Below, piece after piece: positions 35,453-45,092 of a stretch of DNA of 64,000 bases. Position 1 is the stretch's first letter. Each line of letters opens with the position of its first letter. Below the pieces are notes generated by a model, which did no database searches, was not told the DNA's origin, and saw only the letters and a program-made list of their open reading frames with translations. A program made the position numbers and the translations under genes. The stretch spans positions 4,246,459 to 4,310,458 of the forward strand of contig CAVUSO010000001.1 in the NCBI GenBank assembly GCA_963744145.1, read 5' to 3'. This stretch comes from an uncultured cyanobacterium. Its GTDB lineage: Bacteria; Cyanobacteriota; Cyanobacteriia; Cyanobacteriales; CAWUOF01.

Positions 35453-35800
35453 ATGAGCCAAACAGCTTGGAATATTCTCGGTATCCTTACCATTTTGGCA
35501 GGGATTTTATTGTTCTTGACAGAACGAGAAAGATTTGTCACAGTACCTCCAGATCAGTATTTTCAATTTTTCGCAATAGGTTTTTTAATTTTTGGGTTTC
35601 TAGGTATAATTGCAAGCACCTGTTTTTTTCCTAAAGTACGTCCTTTTACTTTGCGAGTTTTGGGAACATACGGGATATTTTGCTGTGTTTTTAATCTAAT
35701 TACTGGTTTTAAAAAAGGTGACTTTTCTCAATTTCCTATGACAATTTGTTTCTGGCTACCGGGCTCAGTTTATCTAGTAGTTAAAGGAAAAATGGATTAA
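35453..35800 (+). CDS. small membrane protein (about 4 TM)
   Basis: Hydrophobic segments ILGILTILAGILLFL, FFAIGFLIFGFLGIIAS, LGTYGIFCCVFNLI and ICFWLPGSVYLVV. I prefer the ATG at 35453 over the GTG at 35411. Confidence 0.4.
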   Translation: MSQTAWNILGILTILAGILLFLTERERFVTVPPDQYFQFFAIGFLIFGFLGIIASTCFFPKVRPFTLRVLGTYGIFCCVFNLITGFKKGDFSQFPMTICFWLPGSVYLVVKGKMD

Positions 35801-36012
35801 TTTTATTTGCGATCGCCCAAAAAGCAACCCCCTCACCAGAAAGACAGAATCCTTGTCTGCTAAAGGGTTGAGTGTTATGGACAAATTGGGATTAATTAGC
35901 GCTAACTAAGTCAAAAATTTATACTGCTGATGAACATCTGGAGTTTGAGGTTAAGATACCGGACATGATATAATTCCTCAAACATACCTGTTAACCCTAA
36001 TTACCAGCTAAA

Positions 36013-36591
36013 ATGAACAGTTTAACTCTCAACCTACCGCCTGTTTTCAAATTAACAGATGAGCAGTTTGAACAATTGGCGGCTGTTAATGGCGATTTAG
36101 GTTTAGAATTGACAGCGCAGGGAGAACTAATTATTATGCCACCGACGGGAGGAGAAACAGGCGATCGCAATTTTGAAATTGATGGACAGCTTTGGTTGTG
36201 GAATCGTCAAAATTTTCTGGGGAAAGCCTTTGATTCTTCTACAGGGTTTCGATTACCAAATGGCGCAACTCGTTCTCCCGATGTGGCTTGGATCAAAATT
36301 GAAAGATGGGAAGCTTTAACCCCGACACAAAGAAAGAAATTTTTACCGCTATGTCCTGATTTTGCGATCGAACTGGTTTCAGAAACAGATGATGTGGAAG
36401 AAACGCGAGCAAAAATGCAGGAATATTTACAAAATGGATTGCGGTTGGGATGGTTGATTAATCCTAAACTCAGAGAAGTGGAAATTTATCGCCCGAATCA
36501 AGAGGTAGAGGTTTTGGTATCTCCTACGACTTTATCGGGTGAAGATGTTTTACCAGGGTTTGTTTTAGATTTAGAGTTCATTTTTTCCTAA
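36013..36591 (+). CDS. Uma2 family putative endonuclease (second subfamily), copy R
   Basis: Same length as copy L. The first ~100 nt and last ~240 nt are nearly identical to copy L, while the middle is diverged. Confidence 0.8.
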   Translation: MNSLTLNLPPVFKLTDEQFEQLAAVNGDLGLELTAQGELIIMPPTGGETGDRNFEIDGQLWLWNRQNFLGKAFDSSTGFRLPNGATRSPDVAWIKIERWEALTPTQRKKFLPLCPDFAIELVSETDDVEETRAKMQEYLQNGLRLGWLINPKLREVEIYRPNQEVEVLVSPTTLSGEDVLPGFVLDLEFIFS

Positions 36592-36835
36592 TGGATGATT
36601 GAATCTGATTCAACCTACGAACTTTCTTCCTCTGTTGGAGAAAACCACAGTTTCCTTACCTATCGATGGGTCAGCTCCTCACCTACCTCAATATCCCCAA
36701 TTTTTCTCTTGAGATGTTAATATTTATGTAACGATATATCACGATCGGAGCTTTTCTAACTTGATATAATAACATCGCTCACTTAAAAAGCTGTTTTTGT
36801 GGTAAGACAAACTTGCAAGTTTTGTCTGAAATTGA

Positions 36836-38797
36836 ATGAAATCATCTAGCGACTTCTTAATTATTGGCGGTGGTATTATTGGTCTATCACTAGCAGTTGA
36901 ACTGAAATTGCGAGGGGGATCAGTAAGAGTCCTCAGTCGGAATGCTCCCGAAGGTGCTACTTATGCTGCTGCTGGAATGCTAGCACCTCAAGCAGAAAGA
37001 ATTCCTGCCGGACCAATGTTAGATTTATGTATCCGATCGCGATCGCTCTATCCAGAATGGGTTCGCAAACTGGAGGATATTTCTGGTTTATCGACCGGAT
37101 ATTGGCCTTCTGGCATTTTAGCACCAGTTTATGCAGAAGATCAGCTCGAAAAAATTCCGACTGATTCATCTTTTTGGTTAGATCATCGGGCAATTCATCA
37201 ATGTCAATCGGGATTAGGTCCAGATGTTATTGGTGGTTGGTGGTTTCCAGAAGATGGACAAGTTGATAATCGTGCTTTAGCGGTGGTCTTATGGACATCA
37301 GCTCGGGAATTAGGAGTGAATCTGGATGAAGGTGTTACGGTAGAAGCGATCGAACAACAACATGGTCAGGTTAGTGGTGTCAGAACTACCACAGGTTTAT
37401 TCACAGCAGGACATTATATTTTAGCTACTGGAGCTTGGTCAAATCAGTTATTACCACTCCCAGTCTCTCCAAAAAAAGGACAAATGTTATCAGTCCGAAT
37501 CCCTGGAGAGGGAAATCATTTAGCCAGAGTTTTATTTGGTTCGGAAACCTATATTGTCCCTAGACGTGATGGACAAATTATCATTGGTGCTACCACTGAA
37601 GAGGTGGGATTTACTCCCCATAATACTCCAGTCGGAATTCAAGCTTTATTAAACAGGGCAATTCGGCTTTATCCAGAATTGCAACATTATCCTATTCAAG
37701 AATTCTGGTGGGGATTTCGGCCCAATACTCCTGACGAGATGCCGATCTTAGGACCAAGTTTATGTCAAAATTTAAGTTTAGCGATCGGTCATTATCGGAA
37801 TGGAATTTTGTTAGCACCAGTGACAGCTGTTTTGTTAGCAGAATCTATTCAGGGACAAAAATCTGATCCTTTATTAGCAAATTTTCAGTTAGAACGGTTT
37901 TTCTTGACTAATTCAGCTTTGTGTGCATCCAAACCAGATCAATATTCCCCATCTATGCTAACTTATCCCAACCCAACCCCAGTCATTCCATCGGTTCTAG
38001 CTCTTGATCCTCCCTTAATTATTGCCGGTCGTAAGTTTAAGTCTCGGTTAATGACAGGTACAGGTAAATATCGCAGTATTGCCGATATGCAGCAAAGTAT
38101 CCTGAAAAGTGAATGTGAAATTGTCACTGTCGCAGTCAGAAGAGTGCAAACTCAAGCACCAGGACATGAAGGATTAGCAGAAGCATTAGATTGGACTAAG
38201 ATTTGGATGTTACCGAATACCGCGGGTTGTCAAACGTCTGAAGAAGCAATTCGAGTAGCGAGGTTAGGACGGGAAATGGCGAAATTATTAGGGCAAGAGG
38301 ACAATAATTTTGTCAAATTAGAGGTGATTCCTGATCCAAAATATTTACTACCCGATCCGATCGGCACCCTGGAAGCTGCGGAAAAATTAGTGCAAGAAGG
38401 GTTTGCGGTATTACCTTATATTAATGCTGATCCGATCCTGGCTAAACGTTTAGAAGAAGTGGGCTGTGCTACAGTTATGCCATTGGGTTCACCAATTGGT
38501 TCCGGTCAAGGGATTAAAAATGCAGCCAATATTCAGATTATTATTGAAAATGCTAGGATTCCCGTCGTAGTTGATGCAGGGATTGGGACTCCGAGTGAAG
38601 CAGCTCAAGCAATGGAAATGGGAGCTGATGCTGTTCTGATTAATACAGCGATCGCTAACGCTCAAAATCCGGCATTAATGGCCCAAGCTATGGGAATGGC
38701 TACAATTGCTGGTCGTCTCGCTTATTTAGCAGGGAGAATTCCAGTTAAATCTTATGCTAGCGCCAGTTCGCCTCTGACTGGGACAATTAACAGTTAA
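36836..38797 (+). CDS. thiOG: bifunctional glycine oxidase ThiO / thiazole synthase ThiG fusion
   Basis: N-terminus [18 protein letters not shown] (FAD fold, ThiO-like). C-half [17 protein letters not shown]...[14 protein letters not shown] (ThiG signature). Confidence 0.88.
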   Translation: MKSSSDFLIIGGGIIGLSLAVELKLRGGSVRVLSRNAPEGATYAAAGMLAPQAERIPAGPMLDLCIRSRSLYPEWVRKLEDISGLSTGYWPSGILAPVYAEDQLEKIPTDSSFWLDHRAIHQCQSGLGPDVIGGWWFPEDGQVDNRALAVVLWTSARELGVNLDEGVTVEAIEQQHGQVSGVRTTTGLFTAGHYILATGAWSNQLLPLPVSPKKGQMLSVRIPGEGNHLARVLFGSETYIVPRRDGQIIIGATTEEVGFTPHNTPVGIQALLNRAIRLYPELQHYPIQEFWWGFRPNTPDEMPILGPSLCQNLSLAIGHYRNGILLAPVTAVLLAESIQGQKSDPLLANFQLERFFLTNSALCASKPDQYSPSMLTYPNPTPVIPSVLALDPPLIIAGRKFKSRLMTGTGKYRSIADMQQSILKSECEIVTVAVRRVQTQAPGHEGLAEALDWTKIWMLPNTAGCQTSEEAIRVARLGREMAKLLGQEDNNFVKLEVIPDPKYLLPDPIGTLEAAEKLVQEGFAVLPYINADPILAKRLEEVGCATVMPLGSPIGSGQGIKNAANIQIIIENARIPVVVDAGIGTPSEAAQAMEMGADAVLINTAIANAQNPALMAQAMGMATIAGRLAYLAGRIPVKSYASASSPLTGTINS

Positions 38798-38893
38798 GTT
38801 TTTTTGATTAATTTTGAAGATTTGTTGCAAAATATGTAGATTTAATACATAATTTTTGATAAAGTAATCTTAATTAATCAAGAGGTTTTTTCA

Positions 38894-39073
38894 TGCGCTA
38901 TACCCAAGAAAGTGGTGGACGTTTAAATAATTTTGCCGTTGAGCCAAAAATTTACCAAGCTGAATATCCCAGCAAAGCCCAGCAAATCAGATATATTTTC
39001 ATGGGAATTGCCTCATTAGCTTTGGTAAGCGGTTTAATCGCTGTTGCTTTTGCCGTTTCCAAAGTCGGTTAAT
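38894..39073 (+). CDS. single-helix Psb34 / ssl1498-like protein
   Basis: 59-aa ORF, below the ORF-track length cutoff: MRYTQESGGRLNNFAVEPKIYQAEYPSKAQQIRYIFMGIASLALVSGLIAVAFAVSKVG. The GGRLNNFAVEPK motif followed by one TM helix fits that family as I recall it. Confidence 0.5.
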
Positions 39074-39196
39074 CGAAAAATTAATAATCTTGATCCTCCA
39101 GGTGCCTAATTTTCGAGGTGCCTGGTGAGAAATTTCCCAAAAAATTAGACCTAGGGACTTGCAAATCAAGATTAGAATTTGTTATAATCTAGTACA

Positions 39197-39339
39197 GTTC
39201 AGTTAATTGTAGGGGCGTTCGCGTAGCGTGCCGGAGGCATAGCATTCGGGCGATAACTTATCACTTAAACAAGTTAATATTATATCCGAATGCTTCGCCC
39301 TTCTTCGCCGATATCTCCCAAAATATTCTTAACTGAACC
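39197..39339. mobile_element. 143-bp MITE with 10-nt terminal inverted repeats and an internal long hairpin
   Basis: Terminal inverted repeats gttcagttaa (39197) and ttaactgaac (39329). The internal arms GGGGCG...AGCATTCGGG / CCGAATGCTTCGCCC are the same module as hairpin B of the 405-bp array. Confidence 0.65.
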
Positions 39340-39354
39340 ATATTGTGTTATAAT
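39316..39354 (+). promoter_or_regulatory. candidate promoter for tRNA-Thr, partly contributed by the MITE end
   Basis: TATAAT at 39349..39354, 10 nt before the tRNA 5' end. TTCTTA lies 17 nt upstream, inside the MITE terminus. Confidence 0.35.
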
Positions 39355-39364
39355 CAAGGTTATT

Positions 39365-39437
39365 GCTGGTGTAGCTCAGTTGGTAGAGCATTCGATTTGT
39401 AATCGAACGGTCGTGGGTTCAAGTCCCTTCACCAGCT
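39365..39437 (+). tRNA. tRNA-Thr (anticodon UGU)
   Basis: Manual cloverleaf: acceptor GCTGGTG/CACCAGC, D stem GCTC/GAGC, anticodon stem TTCGA/TCGAA with loop TTTGTAA, T loop TTCAAGT. There is one U-U mismatch in the T stem (positions 50:64). Confidence 0.85.
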
Positions 39438-39556
39438 TTTAGGATTGGCTCGATATTGCATCTAGCCGATTTGTGAAAATATGTTTGCAACTTAACCAAC
39501 AGTTATAGTGCTAGCCAATTAGAAAATGGCTATATTTATAACTATGATTAATCGAA

Positions 39557-40591
39557 ATGTCATCAAAATATATGTTTCCCTTTCAATATCCAGTTCCCCA
39601 AAAAGATCCTCCGGCTCACCCGCGAGAAACTCTCCCCACCATGTATGATCTACCCAGTGAAAACCCGGAGGAACCTGGTTTGCCCGATGAATTTCATGAT
39701 TGGCAACCTCAATTTTTGAGTGCAACTTTTCGTCCCCGAAAATATCCGATCGCGCGAGTATTTAGTGCCAGTGACATGAATCTTTACTATGATGTGCGTC
39801 ATCCTTTGTGGTACAAACGACCAGATTGGTTTGGAGTCGTGGGGGTATCGAGATTGTATGATGAAGTTGATTTACGTCTTTCCTATGTGATTTGGCAAGA
39901 AGGTGTCAATCCAGTGGTCGTAGTAGAATTGCTCTCACAAGGAACGGAAAAGGAAGATTTAGGTACTAGAAATATAAAAACTTGGTCTGGAGAAGATGCT
40001 TCAGGAACAGGGAATGGAAAAGAAGGGAAACCCCCAAGCAAATGGGAAGTATATGAGCAAGTGTTAAGAATTCCCTATTATTTTGTCTTCAGTCGTTATA
40101 CTAATCAACTGCAAGCATTTCAGTTAGTCGGAGGAAAGTATCAAGCATGGGAACTAGAATCGCAAGGGAGATGGATTGAAGAATTAGGTTTAGGATTGGG
40201 TTTATGGCAAGGCGAATATCAAGGAGTAGAGCGATTATGGTTACGTTGGTATGATCAAGAAGGTAATTGGATTCTAACAGAAGCTGAACAGGAACGTCAA
40301 CGCGCTGAACAACAGGCTCAATTAGCCCAACAAGAGCATCTGAGAGCTGAACAACAGGCTCAATTAGCTCAACAAGAGCGTCTGAGAGCTGAACAACAGG
40401 CTCAATTAGCTCAACAAGAGCGTCTGAGAGCTGAACAACAGGCTCAATTAGCCCAACAAGAGCATCTGAGAGCTGAACAACAGGCTCAATTAGCCCAACA
40501 AGAGCGTCTGAGGGCTGAACAACAAGACCAACAATATCAAGATTTGTTGCGAAAATTGCAAGAAAAAGGCATTAATATAGAAGACCTATAA
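39557..40591 (+). CDS. Uma2 family protein (long-N-terminus subfamily) with a C-terminal Q/A/E-rich repeat tail
   Basis: PTMYDLPSENPEEPGLPDEFHDWQPQFL..., PDWFGV, VVVVELLSQGTEKEDL. Then 14-aa repeats AEQQAQLAQQE(H/R)LR. Confidence 0.75.
   Translation: MSSKYMFPFQYPVPQKDPPAHPRETLPTMYDLPSENPEEPGLPDEFHDWQPQFLSATFRPRKYPIARVFSASDMNLYYDVRHPLWYKRPDWFGVVGVSRLYDEVDLRLSYVIWQEGVNPVVVVELLSQGTEKEDLGTRNIKTWSGEDASGTGNGKEGKPPSKWEVYEQVLRIPYYFVFSRYTNQLQAFQLVGGKYQAWELESQGRWIEELGLGLGLWQGEYQGVERLWLRWYDQEGNWILTEAEQERQRAEQQAQLAQQEHLRAEQQAQLAQQERLRAEQQAQLAQQERLRAEQQAQLAQQEHLRAEQQAQLAQQERLRAEQQDQQYQDLLRKLQEKGINIEDL
40304..40530. repeat. 42-bp tandem repeat, about 5.4 copies, inside the Uma2 gene tail
   Basis: The unit gctgaacaacaggctcaattagcccaacaagagcatctgaga starts at 40304, 40346, 40388, 40430 and 40472. 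Confidence 0.85.
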
Positions 40592-40655
40592 AATTCAGCA
40601 AGCTAGGCAAATTGCGATCGCGATCAATTTCGAGATTAGCGATCGCGAATAATTA

Positions 40656-42911
40656 TTAGCTATCTTCGTCTTCTTCTCCAGTATTAATGGATGGTGAGCG
40701 TTGGAAGGTAAAGGTAAAAGTATCTCCACTCGCAATTACTCGTCGGATTTCATCATAGAAAGGATAATTACCAATCCCGCTTAAATAAGCCCAACCGCGC
40801 GATCGCGTCAATCCGATAAATAACTGATTACGTAAACTGGGATTACCTTCATCTTTAGCTACATGATCGCACCCAATTACATAAACTATATTGGCTTCAT
40901 TTCCTTTAGCGCGGGGAGGACGGGATATAGTTACTCCTCCCTGATACCAAAAACGATCAGGATCATTTTCCGGATATTTAGGGTTAAGTTGATTCAAACG
41001 TATGGCACTAGGAATATAGATTTTAATTCCTGACTCCATTAAAAACTTACCCACTTCATTTTCTAAGTTGAGTGCATCTAATCGAGTTCCTAAAACCACT
41101 ACCAAAATATCTTGACTTGGTTTTAATTCATCATATTGAAGATTATATTTAATCTTCTCAACCACCGCAGCTAATTCCTCAGCTCGAGAGTTATAAGTGG
41201 TAAACTCTAATAAAGGTTCATCCCAATATTTGGGAATTGGATTAGGAGAATTTTCTGGGGGTCGTTGCAAAATAATTTGTTGTCCAGGAGGAGAAAAACT
41301 ACCTTTAATCACTTTATAACCAATTGCATCCCAACTTTTTTGATTGGTTAATCCAGCTACCATTCCATTTGGACGTAATAATCCCATCCCGATCGCATGA
41401 GCCGCAGTTAAGATTGTCCCAGGAGTACGATAACAGCGTTGGATGATCTCACTTTTTTTAATGTTCCCTTTATGTCTCCCTGTCACTAATTTAGTTAAGC
41501 GATCGCCAAACAATTCTTTAGCCATCGGAATTTTGGTACTATCTAAGGATTGGGCTTCATCATAAGCCCAAATTAAACGTCTTTGTTCAGGATTTTCTGG
41601 ATCGATCGGACGTAAAGATTCATACATCATCCAATAGATTGCTTGCTTATATTCCCCATTATCTTCATACTTAAACTCATCGTCGGTGACTAAATCTTGT
41701 CCCTCATCAACGAGAATAGCATCAAAAATCGGTTGCAGGTAATTTTCCGACAATAACTGATTGCAGATTTGGGCTAATTCTTCACTTGGTTTTCTCCGGG
41801 ACACACTGTTAATACCCAGAGGAGCAATTCCATTAACTTGACAAATAGTTTGATAAAAACCAGGTCGCGCTTTTCCACCCCAAGCGTGTAATATTTTGAG
41901 GTGGTTTTTTACTTGCTGATCATAGGAAACATCCCCATTACTAAAACGTCTTAACCAGCGATCAATTAATGTTTCAATTTGAGGATAAAGCGATCGACTA
42001 AAAAAGATAAAAGCGATCTCCCAATCAGGATGCTTTAAATACATCATTGCGGCTTTTTGACATAGCAAGATGGTTTTTCCTGAACCAGCAATACCGCGAA
42101 TTCGTTGGGCACCGGGAGGAATTTGTTTAGCAATTTCTTCTTGCTGTAAATCTACCTCATATAGCCATTCTTGTAAATTACTAATAATGCTACCACGAGT
42201 CTTTCTTTGACTAGTGGTAGTGGTGTGAGTAAATTTACGCAGAGCTGGAGTCCCACTGATTACTGCTTGCAATATTTTCCATTGTTCCTCATCTAAGTCT
42301 TCTCCGCTCACCGCAGGAACTGATTGTTGAATTTGCTGTAATAAAGTGCTAGGATGAAGCTGGTTTTGGAAGATGATCGGTAACAAATTGGGAATTTGAT
42401 CAAAACCTCTTTGTTGCCATTGTTCTGTGGTGATCAAAGGAAGTACAATCAGAGCGCGTCCCGTAATTTTACGGAAAATATTTTTTTCGCGATCGCAATA
42501 TCCTAACAATGCTTGTAGTTGAGATTTACCACTTTCTCCCGGATGAGCAAAGATGAGTTGATCATGATCTAATTGCCATTGTCCATCATTAATTGCGATA
42601 ATTTGGTCGATCGTCAGCTGCGATATTTCGAGAATAACTAAACCTAATTCTTGATCAGCTATTACCACATCCGGTTCTCTGCGGACTTCTCCCAGTTTAA
42701 AAAAAAGCGGGTAACGCCAATAACCGATACACTCGCGATCGCTAAAAGCATTTTTGACCAGATCCCAAACCTTCTGTTCACAATTTTTACCACTCTCCGG
42801 AATTGGTTCAGTGATGATAAATTTGCGAATTTTATCTTTAATCGAAACAGACATAATCACTACCCTAAAAAACAGTGGGGTGAATTTAAAAGAATAATTT
42901 TTTTTTGTCAA
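40656..42911 (-). CDS. NERD-like nuclease domain fused to a UvrD/Rep-type SF1 helicase
   Basis: N-terminus EQKVWDLVKNAF...REPDVVIADQELGLVILEISQ (NERD-like). Walker A GIAGSGKTILLCQKA, Walker B ILVDEGQD, C-terminal LFIGLTRSRGWAYLSG. The true start may be the Met at 42854. Confidence 0.7.
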   Translation of the reverse strand: MTKKNYSFKFTPLFFRVVIMSVSIKDKIRKFIITEPIPESGKNCEQKVWDLVKNAFSDRECIGYWRYPLFFKLGEVRREPDVVIADQELGLVILEISQLTIDQIIAINDGQWQLDHDQLIFAHPGESGKSQLQALLGYCDREKNIFRKITGRALIVLPLITTEQWQQRGFDQIPNLLPIIFQNQLHPSTLLQQIQQSVPAVSGEDLDEEQWKILQAVISGTPALRKFTHTTTTSQRKTRGSIISNLQEWLYEVDLQQEEIAKQIPPGAQRIRGIAGSGKTILLCQKAAMMYLKHPDWEIAFIFFSRSLYPQIETLIDRWLRRFSNGDVSYDQQVKNHLKILHAWGGKARPGFYQTICQVNGIAPLGINSVSRRKPSEELAQICNQLLSENYLQPIFDAILVDEGQDLVTDDEFKYEDNGEYKQAIYWMMYESLRPIDPENPEQRRLIWAYDEAQSLDSTKIPMAKELFGDRLTKLVTGRHKGNIKKSEIIQRCYRTPGTILTAAHAIGMGLLRPNGMVAGLTNQKSWDAIGYKVIKGSFSPPGQQIILQRPPENSPNPIPKYWDEPLLEFTTYNSRAEELAAVVEKIKYNLQYDELKPSQDILVVVLGTRLDALNLENEVGKFLMESGIKIYIPSAIRLNQLNPKYPENDPDRFWYQGGVTISRPPRAKGNEANIVYVIGCDHVAKDEGNPSLRNQLFIGLTRSRGWAYLSGIGNYPFYDEIRRVIASGDTFTFTFQRSPSINTGEEDEDS

Positions 42912-43534
42912 TCCCCTATTGATTAATTTTCCAGATACAATTAATTTAAAATATTAACAAAAGTTATCATAGAAACCGGATTTCCCTGATCTTGAATTTT
43001 AGATAAATGGAGCGCGATCGCTGCAAGTTTCAATCCCTGAAAGGGATTCAGTGTCATTGCGACTGCGGTAGTTTGGAGGTCTTGATATATATGACCATGA
43101 GACTTCTATTCGAGTGGTCCAAGCAGCGAGAGATTTTCCAAATTCTTAATAGCTGTTTTCGGGAGGGATATTTTTCAGGGACTATTTTCTGTAATCATAC
43201 CAGATCTGGTTAATGTTGTTTAGCCGTTTGATTGATTTAGGTGAGGAAAACCGTCTCTGTTCGTCATTGGCAGAAAAAATAAATTGAGGTTAATTATGAT
43301 TAGACCTAGAAACACACCTGACTACCTTAGAAAAGACTGATATCTTAGGGGGCAGATTGATCCTTAACCTAGTTTTGTCAAAAAAAAACCAAATTTCCCG
43401 AACATTTTGTTAATTTTTATGAAAGGATATGCGATCGGGTGCAAATTCTTCAAAAATTTTTGAGGAAAAATAGCATCATAATGCCAAGATTCTTCTAGCC
43501 TTATGGTAATTTTCAGACAGTTCGAGGCTGATCA

Positions 43535-45016
43535 ATGACTGCTGTGCCCTTGTCCAGACCAACCCCACAACCTGCTGATTCTAACAGTAGAAATCCCACT
43601 GCTGATGCCACACCTGTTTTTGCCCTCAAAGAACTGGTGGCTCGATTACAGCGGGAACAACACAAAATTCAAGATTTACTTAGTTCCTTGGGATTTGCTC
43701 TCCGGAGCTTTAACAATTTGAATCAGTTTTTAGAACTGATTCCTTTAATTGCCAGTCGCGTTACGGATGCTGATGGTGGTGCTTTGGTGTCTTTGAAAAA
43801 TGGTCAAGTCAAACTTGAACAAGTTCATTGCCAAAATGGTCATTCCTGTCAAGATATTCGTCAAGTGTTAGAAAAGGCTACCAGTGAAATTAAACTGTCC
43901 TTACTAAAGTCATCTGTTCGTTCTCAGCCTATCACTAAACTAAATCCTAAAAGTGCTAGTATTTCAGCCCAAAAACTTGGCTCAGTTGAGGAGACCTGTC
44001 TAGGAGCTTTAGATCAACAAATATCCTGGAATTTGGGCTCAGATATTCAGGTTTTTGGGACTCCGATTCTGATTAAAAATATCGAAAGAGGTCGGTTGTA
44101 TGTATTTAGTCGCGCTCCAGAATATAACTGGACAGAAACTCGTCAGAAATTAATTCGCTTAATCGCTGACCAAACTGCTGTCGCGATCGAAAATGATGAA
44201 TTGACCGTAGAACTTCGGAAAAAAGAACGTTTAGATCGGGAGTTAGAAATTGGGGCAGAAATTCAATTACGCTTGTTCCCTCGTCAATGTCCGCAAATTA
44301 AAGGGATTGAATTAGCAGCTTTGTGTCAACCTGCTAATCGAGTCGGTGGTGATTATTACGATTTTATTCCTACTAATCATCAATCGATCCGTCACAAACA
44401 TTCTGAAGAAAGTCAGGTCGATCGCTGGGGAGTTGTGATTGGAGATGTGATGGGTAAAGGTGTTCCTGCTGGTTTAATTATGACCATGACTAGGGGAATG
44501 CTGCGAGCGGAAGTATTAAATGGTCACCCACCAGCTCGCATTTTGCAACATTTGAATCGGGCAATGTATGCTGATTTGGAGAATTCCCATCGGTTTGTAA
44601 CTTTGTTTTATTCAGAATATGATCCGGTTAGTCGGATTTTGTCCTATAGTAATGCAGCTCATAATCCACCTTTATTATGGCAAGCTCATTCCCAGTCAAT
44701 TAAACGTTTAGATACTTTAGGAATGTTGATTGGCTTAGACTCAGATACCCGCTACCAAGATGCTCAAATTCAACTTGAACCAGGAGATACAATTATTTAT
44801 TATACCGATGGATTTACTGAAGCGGCTAGTCAAACTGGCGATCGCTTTGATGAGGAAAATTTGACCAAAGCCTTTTTATGGGCTTGTCATCATTGTCGCG
44901 ACTCTCAAGAGATTTTAGAATATTTGTTTGACCAAGTTCAACAGTTTATTGGTCTGGGGAACCGTAATGGGGATGATATGACCCTAATTGTCATGAAAAT
45001 TAACAATAGCGATTAG
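43535..45016 (+). CDS. GAF-domain PP2C (SpoIIE-family) phosphatase
   Basis: C-half RVGGDYYDF...GDVMGKGVPAGLIM...YSNAAHNPPLL...YTDGFTEA...DDMTLIVMK. Confidence 0.85.
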   Translation: MTAVPLSRPTPQPADSNSRNPTADATPVFALKELVARLQREQHKIQDLLSSLGFALRSFNNLNQFLELIPLIASRVTDADGGALVSLKNGQVKLEQVHCQNGHSCQDIRQVLEKATSEIKLSLLKSSVRSQPITKLNPKSASISAQKLGSVEETCLGALDQQISWNLGSDIQVFGTPILIKNIERGRLYVFSRAPEYNWTETRQKLIRLIADQTAVAIENDELTVELRKKERLDRELEIGAEIQLRLFPRQCPQIKGIELAALCQPANRVGGDYYDFIPTNHQSIRHKHSEESQVDRWGVVIGDVMGKGVPAGLIMTMTRGMLRAEVLNGHPPARILQHLNRAMYADLENSHRFVTLFYSEYDPVSRILSYSNAAHNPPLLWQAHSQSIKRLDTLGMLIGLDSDTRYQDAQIQLEPGDTIIYYTDGFTEAASQTGDRFDEENLTKAFLWACHHCRDSQEILEYLFDQVQQFIGLGNRNGDDMTLIVMKINNSD

Positions 45017-45092
45017 AAATGTTGCAGACCAAAGACCGCTGGCAAAAATAACTAGGACAGTCATTTTGACTGTCCCATCAAATGACAAAAAA

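Noticed and set aside
36600-36835. TPP riboswitch upstream of thiO-thiG
   Set aside because: I looked for the conserved CUGAGA and ACCUGAUCUGGAUAAUGCCAGCG cores and did not find them. A covariance-model scan would be needed to be sure.
39365-39437. tRNA pseudogene, because of the U50-U64 mismatch in the T stem
   Set aside because: All other stems are perfect, loop sizes are canonical, and a plausible promoter precedes it. A single T-stem mismatch is tolerated in functional tRNAs.
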